Shown here piece after piece: positions 1 through 8,920 of a stretch of 64,000 nt of DNA. Positions within the stretch are counted from its first letter, which is position 1. Each line of letters starts with the position of its first letter. The translations under genes and the position numbers were made by a program. A model generated the notes under the pieces. It saw nothing but the letters and a program-made list of their open reading frames with translations. It was not told the origin of the DNA and searched no databases. The stretch is taken from assembly GCA_963698485.1 (NCBI GenBank), contig CAVORA010000029.1:403778-467777 (forward strand). Reading direction: 5' to 3'. The DNA comes from an uncultured delta proteobacterium. GTDB lineage: Bacteria > Myxococcota_A > UBA9160 > UBA4427.

Positions 1-78
1 TTCGAAACCATCCGGCAACGCCTCGAAGAGGCCCTCGGTCAGGCGCTCGCGGCACCGCGGCCAGGGACGACGGAATGA
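1..78 (+). CDS. 3' end of an upstream flagellar export gene, probably FliH (partial, runs off the window start)
   Basis: Frame 1 is open from the window edge to TGA 76-78, which overlaps the fliI ATG (75-77) as ATGA. The slot immediately upstream of fliI is normally fliH. Only 25 codons are visible, so the call rests on synteny alone. Confidence 0.3.
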   Translation, partial: FETIRQRLEEALGQALAAPRPGTTE

Positions 79-1409
79 GCGCGCCGCTGCTCGATCAGGC
101 CTTCTTCGAGCTGGCCTCCGACCTGGTCGCGAGCTGGTCGCCGATCGCGATCGACGGCCGCGTTCGAGCCGTGGTCGGCCTGCTCGTCGAGGCCGAAGGC
201 CTGTCGGCGCCGATCGGGTCCTTCTGTGAGATCGAGGCCGAGGACGGGGTCGTCGGCGCGGAGGTCGTGGGCTTTCGCGAGGACACGACGCTGCTGATGC
301 CGCTCGGCGGCCTTCACGGCACACGATCGGGCGTCCCGGTCCGCCTGCGCGCCGGGGCCGACCGCGTGCCGGTCGGTCAGGCCTGTCTGGGACGCGTGCT
401 CGACGGAACGGGAAATCCGATCGACGGCAAGGGGCCGCTGGCTGCCGCCGCGCATCGCCCGATCGAATGCGCTCCGGTCGGGGCCGTGACTCGCGCGCGC
501 ATCGAACGACCGCTCGATCTGGGCCTGCGAGCGCTGAATACCTTCGCGACGGTCGGCGAGGGGATGCGCATGGGCATCTTCGCCGGGTCCGGCGTCGGCA
601 AGTCGACGCTGCTCGGGCAGCTGGCGAGTCAGGCCGAGATCGACGTCGCCGTGATCGCGCTGATCGGCGAGCGCCGACGCGAGGTACGCGAGTTCATCGA
701 GCGCGACCTCGGCGCCGCTCTCGAACGATCGGTGGTCGTGGTATCGACCAGCGACGAATCGGCGCCGATGCGCGTGCGGGCGGCTCGCTCGGCGACCGCG
801 ATCGCCGAGGGATTTCGCGACGAAGGCCGGCGCGTGCTGCTGATGATGGATTCACTGACCCGGTTCTGCACGGCGCAGCGCGAGATCGGCCTCGCGGCGG
901 GCGAGCCGCCGACGACTCGCGGCTACACGCCTTCGGTCTGGAGCGAGCTGCCCAAGCTCCTCGAACGCGCCGGGACGACGGCGGGCTCGGGCAGCATCAC
1001 GGGCCTGTACACCGTGCTGGTCGAGGGCGACGACATGAACGAGCCCGTGGCGGACGCCGCGCGCTCGCTGCTCGACGGCCACATCGAGCTCTCGCGAAAG
1101 ATCGCGGAGCGCGGTCGCTTTCCGGCCATCGACGTGCTCGCGAGTCTGTCGCGCGTGATGCCCGACGTGACCACACCGGAGCACCGAGCCATCGCCCTCG
1201 ATGCGCGTCGGATGCTCTCGACCTATCGCGAGGCCGAGGACCTGATCTCGGTCGGGGCCTACCAGGAGGGAGCGGATCCCGCGATCGATCGCGCCCGCAA
1301 GCTCGAGCCCCTGATCCAGCGTTTCCTCTCCCAGCCCCGCGGTGATGTCAGTCGACTCGACGCCGGGCTGGAGATCCTCCGCAAGCTGCTGCGGGAGGGC
1401 GCGTCATGA
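75..1409 (+). CDS. fliI: Flagellum-specific (type III export) ATPase FliI
   Basis: 444-aa ORF with Walker A GSGVGKSTLLG, Walker B LLMMDSLTR and the F1/T3SS-ATPase C-terminal region. It is followed by fliJ with overlapping stop and start codons. Confidence 0.93.
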   Translation: MSAPLLDQAFFELASDLVASWSPIAIDGRVRAVVGLLVEAEGLSAPIGSFCEIEAEDGVVGAEVVGFREDTTLLMPLGGLHGTRSGVPVRLRAGADRVPVGQACLGRVLDGTGNPIDGKGPLAAAAHRPIECAPVGAVTRARIERPLDLGLRALNTFATVGEGMRMGIFAGSGVGKSTLLGQLASQAEIDVAVIALIGERRREVREFIERDLGAALERSVVVVSTSDESAPMRVRAARSATAIAEGFRDEGRRVLLMMDSLTRFCTAQREIGLAAGEPPTTRGYTPSVWSELPKLLERAGTTAGSGSITGLYTVLVEGDDMNEPVADAARSLLDGHIELSRKIAERGRFPAIDVLASLSRVMPDVTTPEHRAIALDARRMLSTYREAEDLISVGAYQEGADPAIDRARKLEPLIQRFLSQPRGDVSRLDAGLEILRKLLREGAS

Positions 1410-1885
1410 AGCGCTTCGTCTTCCGTCTCGAGAGCGTGCTGCGACTGCGCCAGTTCGAGCTGGACAAGGCCCGGGTGATCCTGGCGGGCGTCGAGCGCGA
1501 GCGCCGCGCGCGCAAGGAGCGTCTCGATGCAGCGACCGCGCGAGCTGCGCGCGGTCGCGCCCTGCTCGATCAGGACATGCAGCAGGGCGCCGACGGCGAA
1601 CGGCTCGGCCTGCGGGCAATGGGTGAGATGTTGGGCCGGTCCGAGGTCGCGCGCGCCAGGCGCGGGCTGACCGAGTTCGAGCCCGTGGTCGAGATGGCGC
1701 GGGCCGACTTGCGCTCCGCGCTGACACGCGTCCGAAGCCTCGAGCGTCTTCGGGAGAAGCAGGAGGAGGCTCATCGCCAGCGTGGACTGGCGCTCGAGCA
1801 GGCCCAGCTCGAGGAGATCACGATGCTTCGACTGGCGCGTGAGAAGGCGGCTCGACCGGGCTCGGGACGGGAGGGCCGACCATGA
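1406..1885 (+). CDS. fliJ: Flagellar export chaperone FliJ-like coiled-coil protein
   Basis: 159-aa R/E/L/A-rich, coiled-coil-like ORF. Its ATG overlaps the fliI stop (ATGA). Size and position directly after fliI are typical of FliJ. No diagnostic motif is visible by eye. Confidence 0.6.
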   Translation: MKRFVFRLESVLRLRQFELDKARVILAGVERERRARKERLDAATARAARGRALLDQDMQQGADGERLGLRAMGEMLGRSEVARARRGLTEFEPVVEMARADLRSALTRVRSLERLREKQEEAHRQRGLALEQAQLEEITMLRLAREKAARPGSGREGRP

Positions 1886-2496
1886 GGCGCCGTCTGCCGG
1901 GAATCGCTCTGTCGATCGTGCTGCTGTGCGGGCTTGCGGGAAGCTTCCGCGTCCAGGCGCAGGGCGCCGACGTGGAGGGGGACCCGGGTTCGCAGGAAAT
2001 GCCGGACCAGGCGCGATCGCTGCGCGATGACGGAGGGGGGCCGGACCTGCTTCGGGCCCCGGGTCTGTCGAAGGGCGTCGATTCGATCATCGCCGAGATT
2101 CGCAAGCGCGAGGTCGACCTGGCCTTGCGAGAGCAGCGCGTGGCCGAGCGCGAGCGCTCGGTGGTCGAGCTGGAAGCGATGATCGAGACGCGCTCGATGG
2201 AGCTCGACCGGATTCGCCAGGAGATCGAAGACCGCATCGCCGAGTGGACCTCGCAGGGACAGGATCGGGTCGGTCAGCTCGCGAACGTGTACTCGTCGAT
2301 GCCGCCGGACAAGGCGGGCGAGCTGCTCGGTCGCCTCGACCTCGATCTCGCCGTGTCGGTGCTGCGGGGCATGAAGAAGAAGAGCTCGGCGGGCGTGTTG
2401 GCGGCGATGAAGCCGGATCGCGCCCTGCTGGTGAGTCGTCGCCTCTTGAAGCCGCTCGATCCCAGAACGGATCCGCCGGCCGCAAAGCGTCCTTGA
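1882..2496 (+). CDS. YlxF/MotE-like flagellar protein (MgtE_N-like C-terminal region)
   Basis: 204 aa. N-terminal hydrophobic signal or anchor (IALSIVLLCGLAGSF), a central coiled coil, and a C-terminal PPDKAGELLGRLDLDLAVSVLRGMKKKSSAGVLAAMKPDRA segment typical of the MgtE_N-like flagellar proteins found between fliJ and fliK. ATGA overlap with the fliJ stop. Confidence 0.5.
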   Translation: MRRRLPGIALSIVLLCGLAGSFRVQAQGADVEGDPGSQEMPDQARSLRDDGGGPDLLRAPGLSKGVDSIIAEIRKREVDLALREQRVAERERSVVELEAMIETRSMELDRIRQEIEDRIAEWTSQGQDRVGQLANVYSSMPPDKAGELLGRLDLDLAVSVLRGMKKKSSAGVLAAMKPDRALLVSRRLLKPLDPRTDPPAAKRP

Positions 2497-2536
2497 AGAT
2501 GAGCGACCCGAAGCGAATGCAGGGGGGAGAGATCAA

Positions 2537-4114
2537 ATGAATGTCGATCTGCTGAGTGCACTCGAGGCGCGCGCCGCCGAAGAGCCGACGCGCGAATCGG
2601 TCGCGAGCGAGAACGAGTTTCCGAGCGTGCTGCGGGCTTCGATGGAGCGCGAGGACGCCGCCGAGGCACGTTCGCAGCAAGCTCCCTCGCAGGACGAGCC
2701 CGCGGCGGGAGAGGCTGGTCCTCGCGAGGAGCCGCCGAGCGAAAGGCGCCCCGACCTGGAGCGCGCAGTCGCGATGCCGGAGCCGACGGAGCTGGAGCCC
2801 GACGAGGAGTCCGCGAGCGAGGCGGCCTGGCTAGCCGCGGAGACCGAAGCCGCGGAGAGCCAGGAGAGGTCGAGCAGCGAGGCGGCCTCCCTCGGTGGGG
2901 CGCTCTCGAGCGTGGGGGTCGTCGCGGATCGCGTGCGGGCGTCGACCGATGCTTCGGCGGTCGCGCCCGTCGAGGGGCGACCGTCCGAGCTGGCTGCCGA
3001 GACGCCCAGCCAGGCGAAGCCGGGCCCGTCGGCCGCCGACCAGCCCAACCCGGCCGACGCGCGCGGCGTGCCCTCGCCACCCCTCGCTGACAGCGAGGCC
3101 GATCTGGCGCGTCAGACCGTCGAGGCAGCGCGCCGTCAGGCGGAGCCCGCGTCCCGTGCGCCGGCGGCCGAGCCCTCTTCGTCGGTCGTCGCCAGCGAGA
3201 CCGTCGCGGCGGGCGCCGCAGAGCCCGCGGTCGCACGCGTCGCCGAGTCGCCACTTCGGCGCGAGGCGTTGGCGCCGGTCGAACGGACATCGAGCGAGGG
3301 AGCGATCCTCGAAGGCCGGGAGGCCGCGCAGGTCGCAGCGACCGACGCTTCGGAGCAGAGTCAGGACCCAGGCAGTGAACAGAGGTCTGCCTTCTTCGAG
3401 CGCGAAGACCCGGGCGACGCGCGGCAATCCGCCGAGCAGGTCGAGTTCGATCGCGCCCAGGCCGGCGCTCAGTCGGCGGGCGTCGATCCGAATCTTCGGC
3501 AGGCGCTGGCGACCCGGGAGGACGCACGCAACGCGCCCGACGCAATCGCGGTGTCGGGTGGAGCCGTCGTGGCCAACCCCATCGCCGGCAGCGTCAGCGA
3601 GATGACTCCGGCGGCCCCCACGGGCTCTTCGCCCGCGGCCGCGTCCGAAGCGATCTCCGTCCAGACCGAATGGCTGGCGACGCGGGGCGGCGGCACGGCC
3701 CGGCTCGTCCTGCATCCCCAGGAGCTCGGCGAGGTTGCGATCCGGGTGACGCTGCGCGGATCGAGCGTCGAGGTCGTGATGGTCGCCCACGAAGCCGCTG
3801 CGCAATCGATCGCGGAAGACCAGGCGGATCGGCTCTTCCAGGCCCTCGCGAGTCGCGACCTGCGAATGGATCAGTTCGAAGTGCGACGCGGCGAGCCGGG
3901 AGATCTCTCGCAGCCCGGCACGGATCGCTTCGCCGAGTCGGGCGGGGGACGCGATCGATCGGGCGACGGGCGGCGGCCGGGTGGCGAGGAGGCTTCAGGC
4001 GGCGACCGCGGGACGATGCGCGGGCTGGCGGGGCGAGCCTCCGGCGGAACCGAGATCCCGCCGCGCATCGTATCGGTCAGGGAGCCGGCGACGGGAGTGG
4101 ATCTGCGGATCTAG
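2537..4114 (+). CDS. fliK: Flagellar hook-length control protein FliK
   Basis: 525 aa. Long acidic A/P/E/S-rich N-terminal part, then a C-terminal Flg_hook-like region (RLVLHPQELGEVAIRVTLRGSSVEVVMVAHEAAAQSIAEDQADRLFQALASRDLRMDQFEV). RBS GGGGGGAGAG upstream. Lies between fliJ and flgD. Confidence 0.75.
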   Translation: MNVDLLSALEARAAEEPTRESVASENEFPSVLRASMEREDAAEARSQQAPSQDEPAAGEAGPREEPPSERRPDLERAVAMPEPTELEPDEESASEAAWLAAETEAAESQERSSSEAASLGGALSSVGVVADRVRASTDASAVAPVEGRPSELAAETPSQAKPGPSAADQPNPADARGVPSPPLADSEADLARQTVEAARRQAEPASRAPAAEPSSSVVASETVAAGAAEPAVARVAESPLRREALAPVERTSSEGAILEGREAAQVAATDASEQSQDPGSEQRSAFFEREDPGDARQSAEQVEFDRAQAGAQSAGVDPNLRQALATREDARNAPDAIAVSGGAVVANPIAGSVSEMTPAAPTGSSPAAASEAISVQTEWLATRGGGTARLVLHPQELGEVAIRVTLRGSSVEVVMVAHEAAAQSIAEDQADRLFQALASRDLRMDQFEVRRGEPGDLSQPGTDRFAESGGGRDRSGDGRRPGGEEASGGDRGTMRGLAGRASGGTEIPPRIVSVREPATGVDLRI

Positions 4115-4177
4115 CGAGCGGCCCGAGCGCAGAACAGAGCGAATCGATCGCGCCCGGCGCGATGAAAGGACGAGACC

Positions 4178-4984
4178 ATGGACGTATTGCAAGGACTGGG
4201 GGTCGATTCGGCCCGCGCGGCCGAGGATGCCCGAAAAGCCAAAGAGGACGAGGTCGGCCAGAACGACTTCCTCGAGATGCTCGTGGCACAGCTCGAAAAT
4301 CAGGATCCGTTGAATCCCCAGGATTCCGCGGCCTTCGCCTCGCAGCTGGCGCAATTCTCGATGGTCGAGCAGATGATCGCGGTGCGCGCGGGCATCGATC
4401 AGCTCGTGGCCAACTCCGGCGCCGACGGCGCCTCGAGGAGCGCGAACGCCGCGGACGGGCTCGATCCCAGCTCTCTGGTCGGCCGCGAGGTGGTCGTGTT
4501 CGGCAGCCAGATCGAGGTCGACGCGCAGCGCGCCCCGATCACCCTGCCGCTGCGCACCATCGATACCGCCCTCTCCGCCGAGGTCACGATCTACGACGCG
4601 GACGGCAACGTGCGCCACAGCGCTTCGATCCTGCCGCGCGACGCCGAGGGTCGCCAGATCGCGCTGCGCCCGGGCGATCACGACTACGCCTTCGATCCGG
4701 CCCAGTACAACCTGCCGGAAGGCATCTACGCCGTCGAGTTCACGGCGACCGGCACTGACGGCGAGCCCGTCACGGTGCTGCCGATGATCACGGGCCAGGT
4801 GACCGGCGCCATCCTGGCGGGCGAGCCGAGCATCCGGATGGGATCGCGCGTCTTCCCGGTCGCGGACATCCTCGAGGTGAGGCTCGGGCGCGACGAGGTC
4901 CTGCGGACTTCCTCGGTCCGAACGGGCGGCGCGCAGTCGATCGCCCGACCGCCATCGCCCGCTGGCGTCGTGAGCGCCCGATGA
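4178..4984 (+). CDS. flgD: Flagellar hook assembly/capping protein FlgD
   Basis: 268 aa with the FlgD N-terminal signature DFLEMLVAQLENQDPLNPQDSAAFASQLAQFSMVEQ. Lies directly upstream of flgE. Confidence 0.88.
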   Translation: MDVLQGLGVDSARAAEDARKAKEDEVGQNDFLEMLVAQLENQDPLNPQDSAAFASQLAQFSMVEQMIAVRAGIDQLVANSGADGASRSANAADGLDPSSLVGREVVVFGSQIEVDAQRAPITLPLRTIDTALSAEVTIYDADGNVRHSASILPRDAEGRQIALRPGDHDYAFDPAQYNLPEGIYAVEFTATGTDGEPVTVLPMITGQVTGAILAGEPSIRMGSRVFPVADILEVRLGRDEVLRTSSVRTGGAQSIARPPSPAGVVSAR

Positions 4985-5196
4985 CGGCCTTCGGGCGAGT
5001 TCTACGGGACGTGATCGAGCAGGACGACGGACTCGTCCTGCGCGTCACCGCCTATCAACGAATGCTGGAGCGACGCTCCGAGTCGCGCGGATGGTCCGCG
5101 CGCTTTCGGGACGTCCTCCGACGACGATCATGGAAGATCCTCGAACTAGCGCGCGCCAGGGTGGGCGCCTCGAGAAGGAGTGAGAAATGTCTTTGA
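4981..5196 (+). CDS. Small hypothetical protein between flgD and flgE
   Basis: 71-aa ORF. Its ATG overlaps the flgD stop (ATGA) and its last 10 nt overlap the flgE start, so it is coupled at both ends. No recognisable motif. Small ORFs are known at this position in some flagellar operons. Confidence 0.35.
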   Translation: MTAFGRVLRDVIEQDDGLVLRVTAYQRMLERRSESRGWSARFRDVLRRRSWKILELARARVGASRRSEKCL

Positions 5197-6542
5197 CCAA
5201 TGCCTTGTTCAGCAGCGTGAGTGGTCTCGAAACGGCCTCCACCGCGATCTCCGTGATCGGTGACAACATCGCCAACGCCAACACGCCGGGCTTCAAGGAG
5301 AAGCGCGCGGAGTTCTCGGCGGTGCTCGGCCAGAGCATCACCTCGGGTGCCGGCTTCTCCCAGATCGGCGCCGGAGCGCGGGTGAACGACGTCGGGACGA
5401 TCTTCTCCCAGGGCGTCTTCGAGACGACCCAGCGAAACACCGACCTCGGCATCGAGGGCCGCGGATTCTTCGTGCTCGAGAGCCAGGCAGGCCGCGCGTA
5501 TACGCGGAGCGGCATCTTCGGCTTCGACTCGACGGGTCTGCTGGTCGACTCGAACCAGAATCGCGTGCAGGGGTACGGCATCAATGCGACGACGGGACAG
5601 AGCAACGGCGTGCTCGGCGACATCCAGGTGAACCTGCCGCTGTCGCCGCCGCAGCCGTCGAGCCTGATCCAGCTGGCGATGAACCTCGATGCCAATGAGC
5701 CCGTTCTTTCGGGGGCAGCGCCGCCGGCTTCGGTGTTCGACCCGGCCAATGCGGAGGTCACCTCGACGTCTCGCGAGGTGGTCACGGTCTACGACTCGCT
5801 CGGATCGCCGCGGCAGGCCACGATCTTCTTCTCGAAGGTCGCGCCGAACCAGTGGGAGTTCAACGTCACGCTGCCCGAGGCCGATTCGAGCGCCGGGGGG
5901 CCCGGAGCGGATCCCTTCATCGTGCAGGCCGGTGGCACCGGCTTGTTGACCTTCAATACGGACGGCGAGCTCGAGAGCATCAATCCGCTGGCCGGTGGAC
6001 CGGGCAACGTCGACCCGACCATCACCTTCGCCTTCGATACGTCGAACGGCGCAGCGCCGAGCCAGGACATCACCTTCGGGATGGGCCCGGTCACGACACC
6101 GGGCGGACTCCAGACCGGTTCGGTGACGACGCAGTTCAACCAGCCCACGGTCACGAATGTCGCGACCCAGGATGGCTTCTCGCCGGGCACGCTGACGGCG
6201 CTGAACATCAACAACGACGGTACGCTGGTCGGCGTCTTCTCGAATGGCGAGACCACGCCGCTGGCCCGAATCGCGCTGGCCAACTTCGGCAACGTCGAGG
6301 GGCTCACCGAGGTCGGCGGCAGCCGGCTGATCGAGTCGATCGAGTCGGGCGCACCGATCATCGCGGCCGCCAACAGCGGCAACCTGGGATCGATCCGGTC
6401 GAGCTCTTTCGAGAAGTCGAACGTCGATCTGCCCAAGCAGTTCGTGAACCTGATCGTCAGCCAGCGCGCCTTCCAGGCGAATACGCGGACGGTCTCGGTT
6501 GCCAACGAGCTGCTGGCGAACCTGGTTTCGCTCGGTCAGTAG
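5187..6542 (+). CDS. flgE: Flagellar hook protein FlgE
   Basis: 451 aa. N-terminal rod/hook signature MSLTNALFSSVSGLETASTAISVIGDNIANANTPGFK and C-terminal SNVDLPKQFVNLIVSQRAFQANTRTVSVANELL. Strong RBS AAGGAG upstream. Confidence 0.93.
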   Translation: MSLTNALFSSVSGLETASTAISVIGDNIANANTPGFKEKRAEFSAVLGQSITSGAGFSQIGAGARVNDVGTIFSQGVFETTQRNTDLGIEGRGFFVLESQAGRAYTRSGIFGFDSTGLLVDSNQNRVQGYGINATTGQSNGVLGDIQVNLPLSPPQPSSLIQLAMNLDANEPVLSGAAPPASVFDPANAEVTSTSREVVTVYDSLGSPRQATIFFSKVAPNQWEFNVTLPEADSSAGGPGADPFIVQAGGTGLLTFNTDGELESINPLAGGPGNVDPTITFAFDTSNGAAPSQDITFGMGPVTTPGGLQTGSVTTQFNQPTVTNVATQDGFSPGTLTALNINNDGTLVGVFSNGETTPLARIALANFGNVEGLTEVGGSRLIESIESGAPIIAAANSGNLGSIRSSSFEKSNVDLPKQFVNLIVSQRAFQANTRTVSVANELLANLVSLGQ

Positions 6543-6554
6543 GTTCGTCGTAGC

Positions 6555-6597
6555 CAGCGCGCGCTTCGCGGCCGGATGCGGCGTGAAGCGCGCGCTG
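6555..6597 (+). terminator. Terminator-like hairpin after flgE (no U tract)
   Basis: cagcgcgcgcttc (6555-6567) is the exact reverse complement of gaagcgcgcgctg (6585-6597). This gives a 13-bp stem with a 17-nt loop, 13 nt after the flgE stop. No T run follows, so its function is uncertain. Confidence 0.35.
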
Positions 6598-6683
6598 CGA
6601 CGGGCTTCCTGACAGCGTCCGGCCGCGTGGTATCTTCCCGCCGTTCAAGGGGGGTGTTCTTGAGCGGTCGACGATCGCATCGC

Positions 6684-7541
6684 ATGCGCGAGGACTGGAC
6701 GGGTTTGCCCGGCGCCGGATTCGTCCGACGTCTGGTCTGCGCTCTCGCGCTGGTCGCCTCGACGATCTTCGCGTTCGAAGAGGCGCGGGCGCAGGCTGCG
6801 GCGGGGCCGGATCATTCGCCGCAGGACCGATTCGACGTCGTCGTGCTCGATGCCGGCCATGGTGGGCACGACGAAGGCGCGACCGGGCCCTCGGGACTGC
6901 GCGAGAAGGATCTCGTGCTCGACGTGAGTCGGCGACTCGCGGAGAAGCTCCGCAAGCGTGGGGTGCGGATCGTGATGACGCGCAACGCCGACCGCTTCCT
7001 GTCGCTCGAGGAGCGCACGTCGGTCGCCAACGACGCGCGTGGAGATCTCTTCCTCTCGATCCACGCGAACGCCTCTCCGAGCCGCCGCCCGCGCGGGATC
7101 GAGACCTACTTCGCATCGCTCGACGCCACCGATGACGACGCGAGAAAGACCGCGGAGCGCGAGAACGAGGCCTTCGGGGCGAGCGCCCAGCGATTCGAGC
7201 GAGACGATCCGCTGGCCGCGATCCTCGGGTCCCTGATCGAGACGCAGCACCTCCAGGAATCGAGCGAGTTCGCGAAGCTCGCGCAGCATGAGCTCGTGGA
7301 GATCGGTCGCGCCCGCTCCCGGGGCGTGAAGCAGGCGCCCTTCGTGGTCCTGCTCGGCGTGCAGATGCCGGCCTCGCTGGTCGAGATCGGCTTCCTCTCG
7401 AACCCGGACGAGGAGAAGGGGCTGCGGCGGGCGGCGCGCCGCGAGGAGATCGCCTCCGCGCTCGATGCCGCGATCGGCGCCTTCGCCGCCCGTTACGACG
7501 CGCGCCGAGGTGTGCGACTGTCCCGCTCCTCCGGAAACTGA
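6684..7541 (+). CDS. N-acetylmuramoyl-L-alanine amidase (Amidase_3 family), secreted
   Basis: VVVLDAGHGGHDEGATGPSGLREKDLVLDVSRRL, LSIHANAS and the PFVVLLGVQMPASLVEIGFLSN motifs match the AmiA/B/C-type amidase fold. A signal-like segment (LVCALALVASTIFAFEEARA) follows the ATG at 6684. The tracked ORF opens earlier, at 6576. Confidence 0.85.
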   Translation: MREDWTGLPGAGFVRRLVCALALVASTIFAFEEARAQAAAGPDHSPQDRFDVVVLDAGHGGHDEGATGPSGLREKDLVLDVSRRLAEKLRKRGVRIVMTRNADRFLSLEERTSVANDARGDLFLSIHANASPSRRPRGIETYFASLDATDDDARKTAERENEAFGASAQRFERDDPLAAILGSLIETQHLQESSEFAKLAQHELVEIGRARSRGVKQAPFVVLLGVQMPASLVEIGFLSNPDEEKGLRRAARREEIASALDAAIGAFAARYDARRGVRLSRSSGN

Positions 7542-7557
7542 GAACGAGGGACCGAGC

Positions 7558-8313
7558 ATGCGGAAGGATGGACGGAGGTCGGACGAGCTGCGTCCCCTCC
7601 ACTTCGAGGTGGACTTCACGGAGCAGCCGCTCGGATCGGTGCTGTGCTCGATGGGCCGGACCCGCGTGCTGTGCACGGTCTGCGAAGAGCCCAGCGTGCC
7701 GCGCTGGATGCAGGGCAGCGGTAAGGGCTGGCTGACGGCCGAGTACTCGATGCTGCCCGGCGCGACCGACACGCGATCGGATCGGGAGTCGACCCGCGGC
7801 AAGGTGTCGGGGCGCACGATGGAGATCCAGCGCCTGATCGGGCGCAGTCTGCGCGCTGTCGTCCAGCTCGAGAACGTCGGTGAGCGAACGCTCTGGGTCG
7901 ATTGCGACGTGCTGCAGGCAGACGGTGGGACCCGCACGGCCTCGATCAGCGGCGCCTTCGTGGCGCTGGCGCTCGGTCTTGCGCGACTCGATCGACAGGG
8001 TGCCTTCAAGGCGCCGGTCCTGCGCGATCAGGTCGCGGCGATCTCGGTGGGGGTGGTGGACGGCCAGCCGGTGCTCGATCTGCCCTACGTCGAAGATGCC
8101 GGCGCCGACGTCGACATGAACGTGGTCGCGACGGGCTCGGGGCGCTTCGTCGAGGTGCAGGGGACGGGCGAGGAAGCGACCTTCGATCGCGGCGAGCTCG
8201 ACGGGCTGCTCGATCTCGCGCTCGGCGGGATTCGCACCATCGCGGAGCAGCAGCGCGCGGCGATCGAGGGCGCGGGATTCACATTGGCGCGACTGCTCGC
8301 GCCCGGGCGTTAG
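7558..8313 (+). CDS. rph: Ribonuclease PH
   Basis: MRKDGRRSDELRPLHFEVDFTEQPLGSVLCSMGRTRVLCTV and downstream RNase PH-type sequence. 251 aa from the ATG at 7558, which is the normal length. The tracked ORF opens at 7465. Confidence 0.92.
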   Translation: MRKDGRRSDELRPLHFEVDFTEQPLGSVLCSMGRTRVLCTVCEEPSVPRWMQGSGKGWLTAEYSMLPGATDTRSDRESTRGKVSGRTMEIQRLIGRSLRAVVQLENVGERTLWVDCDVLQADGGTRTASISGAFVALALGLARLDRQGAFKAPVLRDQVAAISVGVVDGQPVLDLPYVEDAGADVDMNVVATGSGRFVEVQGTGEEATFDRGELDGLLDLALGGIRTIAEQQRAAIEGAGFTLARLLAPGR

Positions 8314-8317
8314 CGCC

Positions 8318-8920
8318 GTGGTCCGCGATCTGGCGCACGATCGCCGGATCGTCGTGGCGACCGGGAACGCCGGCAAGGCTCGCGAGATCAGCCGCATCCT
8401 GACGGGCTACGAAGTGCTGTCGCTCGCCGACTTTCCGCCCTTCGACTTCCCCGAAGAGGGCGGCGACTATGCCGAGAACGCGCGGGTCAAGGCCCTGACT
8501 GCGGCGCGCGCGCTGGGGCTCGCCTGCGTAGCAGACGACTCGGGGCTCGAGGTCGAAGCGCTCGGCGGGCGACCGGGGGTGTACTCGGCGCGCTACGGCG
8601 GGCCTGAGCTCGATGATCGCGGTCGACTCGAGCGGCTTCTCGAAGAGCTCGTCGGCGTGCCGGCGCCCCGGCGCGCACGCTTCTATTGCGTCGCTGCCTG
8701 TGCCTGGCCCGACGGCACGAGCGAGATCGCCGAGGGGGTCTGCGAGGGGGTGATCCTCGAGGCGCCGTGCGGGCAGGGCGGCTTCGGCTACGACCCGATC
8801 TTCGCGCCGCAGGGGTCGGGTCGCGCGATGGCCGAGCTGAGTCGCGAAGAGAAGGATGGGCTTTCGCATCGTGGGCGAGCGTTCCGTGCGCTCGAGCCGC
8901 TGATCGCGCGTCGCTCCTAG
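8318..8920 (+). CDS. rdgB: dITP/XTP pyrophosphatase (RdgB/HAM1 family)
   Basis: 200 aa, GTG start. Motifs VVATGNAGKAREI, ENARVKA, DDSGLEV, GFGYDPIF and SHRGRAF. The rph-rdgB adjacency is common. Confidence 0.9.
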   Translation: MVRDLAHDRRIVVATGNAGKAREISRILTGYEVLSLADFPPFDFPEEGGDYAENARVKALTAARALGLACVADDSGLEVEALGGRPGVYSARYGGPELDDRGRLERLLEELVGVPAPRRARFYCVAACAWPDGTSEIAEGVCEGVILEAPCGQGGFGYDPIFAPQGSGRAMAELSREEKDGLSHRGRAFRALEPLIARRS

